A stretch of 30,643 bases of DNA. It comes from Octopus sinensis (taxonomy: Eukaryota). Of this stretch, positions 11,724 through 21,317 are shown in pieces; within the stretch, counting starts at the first letter, position 1; every line of letters begins with the position of its first letter. Both the position numbers and the translations under genes were made by a program. The notes below the pieces were generated by a model. It did no database searches. It had not been told where the DNA came from and worked only from the letters and a program-made list of their open reading frames with translations. The stretch spans positions 1 through 30,643 of the forward strand of contig NW_021832213.1 in the NCBI RefSeq assembly GCF_006345805.1. Direction: 5' to 3'.

Positions 11724-11832
11724 AAGCGAACACCACCACCACCACCACCGCTATCATTATCGTTATCGTCTTCATCGTCATGATCATCGTCGCTGTCCTC
11801 CTCTTCCTCCTCCTCCTCCTCATCGTCATCAT
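10590..11832. repeat. Long compound trinucleotide microsatellite field (TAT, CAT, TAG, TTG, GGT, CGT, CAC)
   Basis: Direct reading; explains the homopolymeric ORFs on both strands. Confidence 0.95.
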
Positions 11833-11909
11833 CCAAGATCACCAAGTTGAGTTTTTTTATCTTAATTTCGATTTCGTTTCTTTATTTTATTAAATTGTTT
11901 TGGAGGTAA

Positions 11910-12078
11910 TTTGTGACCATAGAGGAACGATGACTGGAATCTTATCGCTTGCCATCTTACGAGGATTCCCCAAATCCCCGAAGGGGTCAGGACAGTCACT
12001 GTGGTACCGTAGCGTATCGGATAATATCTATATAACTCTATTTAAGGGCCAATACGAAATAAATAAATAAATAAATAG
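11910..12078 (+). mobile_element. Possible CR1/L2-like LINE 3' end with (AAAT)n tail
   Basis: DWNL-like remnant (GACTGGAATCTT), a short UTR-like stretch, then AAATAAATAAATAAAT; weak. Confidence 0.3.
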
Positions 12079-12252
12079 ATAAACATATCATTGATCCCTC
12101 CTCCAACACTCATGTTTTTCTCGTTTTTCCTGTCTCTTTTCCTCTCTCTGTACGTCCGTCTTAGTTGTTCTCTTTTTGTATCTCTGTCTCACTCTCTCAG
12201 TAGGTTGATCTTTCTCTGTTCTCATTCTCTTTCTCTTTGTCACTCGTCTTCT

Positions 12253-12275
12253 CTATCTATCTATCTATCTATCTA

Positions 12276-12320
<45 letters not shown>
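12253..12320. repeat. (TCTA)n microsatellite; continues in degenerate form at ~12561-12672 after the SINE
   Basis: Direct reading. Confidence 0.95.
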
Positions 12321-12321
<1 letters not shown>

Positions 12322-12322
12322 A

Positions 12323-12553
12323 GGCGGCGAGCTGGCAGAAACGTTAGCACGCCGGGCGAAATGCGTAGCCGTATTTCGACTGCTGTTACGTTCTGGGTTC
12401 AAATTCCGCCGAGGTCGACTTTGCCTTTCATCCTTTCGGGGTCGGTAAATTAAGTACCAGTTACGCACTGGGGTCGATATAATCGACTTAATCCGTTTGT
12501 CTGTCCTTGTTTGTCCCCTCTGTGATTAGCCCCTTGTGGGTAGTAAAGAAATA
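12323..12553 (+). mobile_element. tRNA-derived SINE (family B, tail type A), full length, within (TCTA)n
   Basis: GGCGGCGAGCTGGCAGAAACGTTAG head, GGTTCAAATTCC B-box, 3' end GCCCCTTGTGGGTAGTAAAGAAATA; closely similar to 18962-19192. Confidence 0.92.
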
Positions 12554-12888
12554 TTTATATCAATCTATTTATCTATTTGTATATCTATCTATTTATTTAT
12601 CTATCTATCTAACTATATATCTATCTATTTATCTATTTATCTACCTATCCATCTATAGATCTATCTATCTATCTCACACACACATTCTCTTATTTTTCTC
12701 TGCTCCTCTTTATGTCGCATATCATTCTGTCCTAATGTGTATCGTTCTCTATCTCTCCCTCCTCTCTCGTTCTGCCACTGTCTATCACTAGTTTCTCTCT
12801 CCCCATCTCTCTCTTTCTCTGTCTTACAATGGTTTTATATATACTTTGTAGACACTTGTCAACGTCATCATCATTACTATCATCACCA

Positions 12889-12974
<86 letters not shown>

Positions 12975-13039
12975 TGTCTGTCTGGCTGGCTGGCTCTTTC
13001 ATTTACAATAGGTTTTCATGTATTTTGTAGATCCTTGTC

Positions 13040-13615
13040 ATCAGCATCATCATCATCACTGTCATTTTACTCATTGTCTTCAACGTCATCGTCACCTTTG
13101 CTATCCTTCTTCTTCTTCCTCCTCATGATAAAAGTTCTCAACATCTTCATCGTCCGATTTCCTCCATCCGTCTACTTCCCCACAACTATGTCTTCCTGCT
13201 TTATCCTTTTTTTTTTCTCTTCTTCTTTCTCCTCCCTCCTCCTCCTCTTTCTTCTTCATTTTCTTCTTCTTCTTCTTCTTCTTCTTCTTCATGAACATCA
13301 TCATCATCATCATCATGACAATCACCATGATTGTTATCGTCGCCACCAACATCGCAATCACCATCACTCTCATCGTCCTTGTCATTATCATCGTCGTTGT
13401 CGTCGTCATCGTCATCGTCTTCATCATCACTATCATAACCAACACCATCACCAACACCACCACCACCACCACCACCACCATCATCACCATCATCATCACC
13501 ATCATCATCATCATCATCATCATCGTCATCATCATCGTCATCATCATCGTCATCATCATCGTCATTATCGTCGTCATCATCATCATCATCATCGTCGTCA
13601 ACATCATCATCATCC

Positions 13616-13653
<38 letters not shown>

Positions 13654-13654
13654 G

Positions 13655-13690
<36 letters not shown>

Positions 13691-13912
13691 CCATCGTTTC
13701 TATTAAATATACGTTGCTCCTGACCAATGATCTTGGCATCGATTTCCGTTTGCTAATGCGGCTGCGGCTGTTATTGTTGCTGCTGCTGTTAGTGATGTTG
13801 ATGTTAGTGCTATTTTTGTTGTTGTTGGTGGTGTTTGTCTCTTTTATTGATTGAATGATTGAATGATTGACTGATTGTTGTTGGTGTTGTTGGTGTTGTT
13901 GGTGTTGTTGTT
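13040..13912. repeat. Compound (CTT)n/(CAT)n/(CAC)n/(GTT)n microsatellite field
   Basis: Direct reading. Confidence 0.9.
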
Positions 13913-14046
13913 GTACTTCTATGTCTGCAATAGTCTTTATGTAAACCCCAATTCAATCTAACGGTGTTATCAATTGAAGTGAGAGCACTTTGGTTATAGC
14001 TGTTGATATTTCTCTTCCAGTGGCTGTTACCGTTATTATTAATATA

Positions 14047-14108
14047 GGCGTAGGAGTGGCCGTATGGTAAGTAGCTTGCTTACGAACCACATGATTCCGG
14101 ATTCAGTC
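14047..14108 (+). mobile_element. Family A SINE head only
   Basis: Matches 4374-4436. Confidence 0.8.
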
Positions 14109-14363
14109 AAATAAACAAAAAAAAAGAAAAGGAGAGGACTTTACTGAAGAGATCCAAGGACCAGACAGGGTGTTAAACAAGCTGGTATGCTTAACCCAAT
14201 GCATAAAATAATCTACTAAATAAACAATACATTATTCGATTGAACTCAACGAATCTGGGACTACTATTATTGGCGTTTGTTGCATTACTAGTAGTTTACA
14301 TAAGCTGACATATGATTCCAAAAATTCTCTCTATGTATTTATCTGTCTAGCATTCCCTCCTAG

Positions 14364-14421
<58 letters not shown>

Positions 14422-14476
14422 TGTGTGTGTGTGTGTGTGCGTGTGTGTGTGTGTCTGTGTATGTTTGTATGTGTAT

Positions 14477-14693
14477 GAAGGCATGTGGACTAGTGGCAAG
14501 TCTTTTGCGCTCACAATCACTAGATCGTGGGTTTGATTCCTTGACTGGGTAATGTATAGAGTTCTTCAGTAAAACACTTCCTTTCCCGTTACTCCAGTCC
14601 CGTTTTTGATCCAGGCTAAAACAATGCAAAACACATTCTGACTACCAATGTGTAACAGCATCTGGTAACCTGGTCAGTGACTTGTTCACATGA
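14477..14693 (+). mobile_element. Degenerate tRNA-derived SINE with CORE-like body
   Basis: TGGACTAGTGG A-box, GGGTTTGATTCC B-box, then TTCTTCAGTAAAACACTTCCTTTCCCGTTACTCCAGTCC CORE-like segment. Confidence 0.6.
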
Positions 14694-14768
14694 TATATAT
14701 AGATATTTTGCTAATTAACTACACACACACACACACATATATATATATTTATATATATATATATATAT

Positions 14769-14938
14769 GAAAGAATGGAGTTGAACGACTAATTAACAAA
14801 ATTCCTTTATTTTCGACATATGTTTAGAAAGCGGCATAATATACTTCTTATTCCTTCGCAATTAGGAATATGCAGCCTTCGAAACATATGTCGAAAATAA
14901 AGGAATTTTGTTAATTCGTCGTTCAACTCCATTCTTTC
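14769..14938. mobile_element. 170-bp foldback element inserted in (TA)n
   Basis: 57-bp arms (14769-14825 / 14882-14938) with 1 mismatch, extendable to 70 bp; 30-nt centre; flanked by TA repeats. Confidence 0.8.
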
Positions 14939-15134
14939 ATATATCTATATTTTTTAAAAAGACATACAAATTTCCACACGATAGCACCTAACTTCAAACG
15001 TGTCTTCTCTGATGTGAATTTGCTACCCAGGTATCGGTTAACCGAATTATCCATAACAAGATAATTCATTCAACTACTCAAGCGGTGCCCCAGCATGGCC
15101 ACAGCTCATGAGCTGAAACTAGAATCAATCAATC

Positions 15135-15215
<81 letters not shown>

Positions 15216-15451
15216 AATTAGAAAAAAACAGAGACAAAAAGAAAAAACAAACAAGCATGAGGACGTATCACAAGCAATGTGATAAAAGAATAGATAAAAG
15301 AAGAGAGTTGTTATTTTACGTTTTGAGCATAGCTCTTCGTCGGAAACAGGAAAAACAGGGAATTCCAAAGGAAAAGAAAAAAGATGAAGGCGGGAAAATT
15401 GCCAGCAGACCACGTGCGGCTACATATCTTTTATGCTTTTACTTTGACTTG

Positions 15452-15528
15452 AAGGGTTTTAGTCGAAGAATTCGAACCCAGGTTTTATTTTTTTAAGCCT
15501 GGTATTTTTCTATCAGTCTCTTTTGCCG
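15452..15528 (-). mobile_element. Family A SINE 3' fragment
   Basis: Reverse complement TCGGCAAAAGAGACTGATAGAAAAATACCAGGCTT...TTCGACTAAA matches the family A tail. Confidence 0.6.
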
Positions 15529-15560
<32 letters not shown>

Positions 15561-15579
15561 GCATATGCATGTGTGAGTA

Positions 15580-15790
15580 TGTGTTTGTGTGTTTGTCCTC
15601 TCAACATCGCTTGACAACCGATGCTGGTGTGTTCACATCCCAGTAATTTAGCAGTTCGGTAAAAGAGACCGATAGTATAAGTACTAGGCTTACGAAGAAA
15701 ACATCCTGGGATCATTGCTCCACTAAAGGCGGTGCTCCGGCATGGCCGCAGTCAAATGACTAAAAGAAGCAAAACAATAAAAGAATAAAA
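15580..15790 (+). mobile_element. Family A SINE 3' half
   Basis: CAACATCGCTTGACAACCGATGCTGGTGT...CATGGCCGCAGTCAAATGACT matches 4590-4770. Confidence 0.85.
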
Positions 15791-15950
15791 GAATACATAT
15801 ATGAGTGTGTGTGTGTGTGTGCGTCTGTGTGTGTGTGTGTGTGTGTGTGTGCGTCTGTGTGTCTGTATGTATATATATATAGGTGTCTGCGTGAGTTTTG
15901 CTTGTGCGCATGTGTGTATATACATGTATGTAGATATGTATATATATATA

Positions 15951-16332
15951 CTAGCAGTATCGCCCGGCGTTGCTCAGGTTTGTAAGGGAAATAACTATAA
16001 AGCATTTTTAGAGAGTTTAGCCAAAAAATAGCAAAAAATGGAAAAAAATGATGGTAATTTTTTTGAGAGTAAAAAAAGGTGGAGTTGCGTCCCCTATACA
16101 CAGTTTGCGGTTTGTGTTTCTAATTCTCGACCCCATGTCGAATTTATCGATTTTTTTCAGAACTGGGGGAACTTTTCAAAATTTTCGCTGCGTTAGTTTT
16201 GAATTATGACATTGGGCTATGTGTGTGTCAAGTTTCATCAGAATCGGTTGAAAGCCGTGGTCAGGGTGAGGGTACATGCAAACAGACACACAGAAACACG
16301 CACAGACAAACTGTCGTTTATATATAGAGAGA
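15951..16332 (-). mobile_element. Non-autonomous Helitron, 382 bp
   Basis: Minus strand: A|TCTCTCTATATATAAAC 5' end, hairpin plus CTAG|T 3' end; 3' end shared with 4839-5236, 5' half unrelated. Confidence 0.8.
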
Positions 16333-16509
16333 TAATATACGTACGTTTGCTGTGTATATACATATTTATGTATATATATTCAAACATATATATATATATG
16401 TGTGTGTGTGTGTGCGTGTGTGTGCGTATTCATACAGGCTAACATTTTCTGTGAAAGAATATGTATATCACTTTGTATGCCAAGGTTGCTGGGTGTGGCT
16501 GTGTATGTA

Positions 16510-16543
<34 letters not shown>

Positions 16544-16699
16544 GTGTGTGTGTGTGTGTGTGTGTGTTGCGTTTTAATATGTACGGTGTGAATGTTTGGA
16601 GGTTGGAGGGGGTGTTTGTGTATGCGTGTCTATGTATATAAGTAACAACTACTCGGGGACTAAGAAACTAGACCGACTAAAAAAAAAATATAGGAGCGA

Positions 16700-17110
16700 T
16701 GGAGAGTAAATGAACTGGAGAGACGGTCTAACTTGCGGAGAGACAATCATAAGCGGAATAGTGGTTGTGTAGACGGTGGAGGCTGCTCCAAAGGCAACGG
16801 CGGCAGCAGGAACAACAGTAATGGCGGCGGCGCTGATGGCTAGAGGTTTGGTGGCAGTTGGTAGTTGGTGGAGCTAGGAGTTGGGGGAGAGGGTTAGAAG
16901 ATTGACAGTAGATTAACATAAAGCTGTATGTTTAAGTGCCACTTTAAGCAAGACCTACGTTGACAGTGATGTATGAGCGTTTATCCGAGCAGATTCTCGT
17001 GAAACATGGCGGAAACTTGGTTCTTGGTCGGCTTTTAACTTTCTCTGCTGTCTTTCAGATTTTTCTCAAACCGCTTCTCCCGCCGTTACCACTGGCCTTC
17101 CCAACATTCA
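16700..17110. promoter_or_regulatory. CpG-enriched, promoter-like segment (tentative)
   Basis: Locally GC- and CpG-rich against an AT-rich background; AAACATGGCGGAAAC (YY1-like and ETS-like cores) near 17002; not matched to any repeat in the window. Confidence 0.2.
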
Positions 17111-17199
17111 CATGTCTCTCTTTCGCTTTCTCTCTTTCTTTTTCTCCCCTTGTCACCCTTTTTACTTTCTGCATATGTACTGATATGGGCTTGTGAAGG

Positions 17200-17241
17200 T
17201 TTATATATATATATTGATATATGTATATATGCATAATATTG

Positions 17242-17273
<32 letters not shown>

Positions 17274-17385
17274 ATATAATTATATTATATATTAATATAT
17301 ATATTGATATATACATATATGCATATATGTATATATATGTATATATGTATATGTATATCTATTCATGTATGTATATATATATATG

Positions 17386-17450
<65 letters not shown>

Positions 17451-17900
17451 AAGTGAGAGATACATATTTATATATATATACATGTGTGTATATATATGTA
17501 GGGAGTTAGATATGTGTATGTATGAATACATATATATATATATTATTTATGCATCCATAAACACGTATGTATAAGTGTATGCATATATGTATATATATAT
17601 ACATACACATATGCATACGAAAAATATATATGCACATGTGCATATGCACAGATACATACATTTCTTGCATATATAGAGTGTATATACAATTTTTACATAC
17701 ATACATACATACACATATATAGTTATATATGAATATAGTTATCATTCAAATTATATGCTCATATGCATCATGAATGCGCATGTGCATGGCTCTATTCGTA
17801 TATGCTTATATATTAGCATATATATATGTATGTATGTATGCATGTATGTATGTATGTATGTATGTATGTATGTATGTATGTATGTATGTATGCGTAATTT
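17200..17900. repeat. (TA)n/(GA)n/(TATG)n low-complexity block
   Basis: Direct reading. Confidence 0.9.
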
Positions 17901-18961
17901 GATTGCATATGTACATACTTTTTTTTTAGAAAGATCATACCTGTGGTGAATGCAAGACTTTGTGTCTATACAGATCTGCACTATGTAGTTGCCACATAAC
18001 GTCAAATGTCTGACAAGTTGCTTTCCTTGAAGCTTGAGATCTAGGTCTATTTTTTCGTTCACATAATTAGTGAATTGGAGTTGTTTCTCAAAATGGCGAA
18101 ATCAAAAATTGCCCTAAACAACTATGTCATCTTTAAAAGATTTACGTACCATATCTGTTCTTAGAATTTTGATAAATTTAACGGAGTTAGCGCAAAGGTA
18201 AGGAAATGCAATATAGTACTGGTGCTTCGTAGAGAGCTTGCAAATGTCAGATAGGAAAGGGTATCATTGACAACCAATTCAATCTTATGTTTATTCTGAA
18301 GTTAGCGGACTTTGTTTACTACATTACTGTTAAGAACGATGTCTGAGTTCTTTGGATTGAATCCACGAATACACGGCAAAATCACAATTAGTGGGCGATA
18401 TTTTGTGACCTATTCGTTGAAAAGTAGGGAAGCATGTTGTAGATATGAATAACTAATGAGTAAGAATTTACCCTGGAGGATGTTGCTGAAAGAAATTTTC
18501 TTATTGGATTTTTAGTGGTCTTATTTGCTCCAAGTACCAAGCGGCCTTCTCTGGAGAAGCTCTTGTGCAACGCTACTCGTCAGTGTATGCAGCTCGGAGA
18601 TCAGAGGTTCTATCCAGGTGTAGAAGCTATTCTTCTTCATTGAGAGGTCACACTTCCGGTATTACTGATGTGAGTTTACCATGCTGCAAGAAAGATTTTG
18701 CAAATCACAAGAAAAAAATTCTTCAAGGTGAGCCATCTCAGAGGAAGCTTAGGAATGAACTAGGAACGAAATGATTGAATAATATTCATAATCTCAGTCG
18801 GTCACGTTTGGGAATCCAGTCAGATAATCTAATGACGGTTGCTTCTGGTAGGACCCAATCGATGGGATGCCCGTGTTCTGTACTTTCATGACACTCATAA
18901 GAACAGTGGGTGGAAATGGATTGATGTTGCTCAAAATATAACCAGCTATATTGCGATTAAA

Positions 18962-19192
18962 GGCGGCGAGCTGGCAGAAACGTTAGCGCGCCGGGCGAAA
19001 TGCTTAGCGGTATTTCGTCTGCCGTTACGTTCCGAGTTCAAATTCCGCCGAGGCCGACTTTGCCTTTCATCCTTTCGGGGTCGATTAAATAAGTACCAGT
19101 TGTGCACTGGGGTCGATATAATCGACTTAATCCCTTTGTCTGTCCTTGTTTGTCCCCTCTGTGTTTAGCCCCTTGTGGGTATTAAAGAAATA
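18962..19192 (+). mobile_element. Family B SINE (tail A), full length, with a 10-bp flanking direct repeat
   Basis: Closely similar to 12323-12553; TATTGCGATT at 18949-18958 and 19195-19204 (probable TSD). Confidence 0.92.
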
Positions 19193-19603
19193 GGTATTGC
19201 GATTTCTCCTGTGAGCAGTGTATGTTGTACTTCCCTCCCTTGCCGATATGTATTATTGAAGTATATAGAAGAACAATGCAAGTGATTCGTTATAGAGTAT
19301 ACCTCGTAATATAGAATATGATAAGCAGTGATGGATATCCGTATTGACGTCTCAAAATTTAAACAGTAACGAAATAGCATAACTGCAATGGCAGTCAACA
19401 CGGTGATGATCCATGGTTTACTTTTCCAGTAATAGAATCAAAAAATGTTATCGTAAATAAAAGCCGAGAACCAAATTTATGAAGAGAACTAATGGTTATA
19501 TGGTGCACGTGATTTTGTGTTCCCAAGATATATTGCATTAATGAAACAACAACCTCTTGCTTTCTCTCTCTCTTACTTACTCTCTCCCTCTCTCTCTCAT
19601 TTA

Positions 19604-19647
<44 letters not shown>

Positions 19648-20676
19648 TCATATATATATATATATATACATACATATACATGCATATATGTATGTGTATG
19701 TGTGTACATGTGTGTGTATATATGTGAGTATATATGCGTGTGTGTATGCATGTAAATAAGTATATCTATCTATTTATCTCTCTCTCTCTTTCTCACACAC
19801 ACACTCTCTCTCTATATATATAATATAATATAATATATAGTATATAATATATGAAATTAAGATGTATGCGTATTCACTTTTCACGCGAAAACGGCTTCAC
19901 CAATTGCTTTCATACTTGTGATGCATGAATAATTTTACCTCGGACAAATAATAATAGGTTGTTCATTTGATTTTTTATTAACAATTATTAAAAATGAAAG
20001 ATATTGCTTTTTATATTACATTCACGTCTTTGAAAGTTTTAAAAATATTTACTTCCAGTTTTCTAGCGTCAGATTTCTACTGAAGCAACAAACAGGTAAT
20101 GAAGGCCTTCACCAGAAAACTCGTTATACTAAAAGTAACATCTAATGGTCTGGTACACAGAAATATGTTATTAAGATGACTTATTTGTTGCATACGATCT
20201 TCTTTTCACTTTAAGTAAATTCCCATGTAAACGTTTCTAATCGAAAGGCAGAAGATACTAGAAGCAAAAATAAGGAACACACACACATAGTGAAATATAG
20301 AAATGTAAAGTATAAGTTGTTACATAATCTCTATAATGTGTGTGTGTGTGTATGTGTGTGGTAGAAATCTACGGATGCACAAACGCACAAAACGGAAAAA
20401 TGCAAGTAATATAGACGACTTGTTCCGAAACACCCCCTAATGGGGAACAGGTCTCAAAAACTACTCAGTGCTACGATCATTTACAGCCTTATGTCCGTTT
20501 GATAACACAGTATGTCAAAACATGTGTATGCGTACATTTTATTTGTATGTATTACATGCATATGCAGAAAATCTAATATGCCTGCATAAAAGACATACAT
20601 CCTCATGTAAGACCTTTATCTAAATGATATACATACGTAATGGCAACACTACGATACACGACCATATATATACATA

Positions 20677-20732
<56 letters not shown>

Positions 20733-20793
20733 ATACATACATACATACATACTACATACATACTACATACTTACATATATATAAGATATATAT

Positions 20794-20838
<45 letters not shown>

Positions 20839-20883
20839 CATTTATGAATCATAACGACAGAAATATAGGAAGGTTCACATATA

Positions 20884-20897
20884 TAGATAAATAGATT

Positions 20898-20935
<38 letters not shown>

Positions 20936-20944
20936 AGATAGATT

Positions 20945-20994
<50 letters not shown>
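20884..20994. repeat. (GATA)n microsatellite
   Basis: Direct reading. Confidence 0.95.
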
Positions 20995-20996
<2 letters not shown>

Positions 20997-21203
20997 TGTT
21001 CTTTATTAGCCACACAGGGCTGCACACAGATAGAACAAATTACAAGTACAAAGAGCTTTCTTTTGAAGGTTAAAAAAAAAAAAAAAAAAAAAGGGAAAGG
21101 GGATTTTCGATCAAAAGGATCGTGAAAGGAGAGAAAGAGACAAAAAAAGGGGGGGGGGTTAAAAAAAAAAAAAAAAAAAAAGGGGGGGGAGAGGAAAAAA
21201 AAT
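20995..21203 (-). mobile_element. Short 5'-truncated copy (3' UTR only) of the Tx1-clade LINE
   Basis: First 51 nt identical to 21318-21368, remainder homologous but diverged; AATAAA near the 3' end; GATA repeats on both sides. Confidence 0.88.
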
Positions 21204-21253
21204 GATAGATAGTAGATAGATAGATAGATAGATGATAGATAGATGTTGATAGA

Positions 21254-21307
<54 letters not shown>

Positions 21308-21316
21308 TGATAGATA
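21204..21316. repeat. (GATA)n microsatellite between the two LINE copies
   Basis: Direct reading. Confidence 0.95.
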
Positions 21317-21317
21317 A

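Noticed and set aside
18516-18774. Plus-strand open frame with an AG acceptor and GTGAGT/GTGAGC donors
   Set aside because: Peptide resembles no family I recognise and no phase-linked partner exon is evident
19303-19437. Minus-strand hydrophobic reading frame FYYWKSKPWIITVLTAIAVMLF...ILYYE ending at a GT donor
   Set aside because: In-frame TGA immediately upstream and no credible acceptor within the frame
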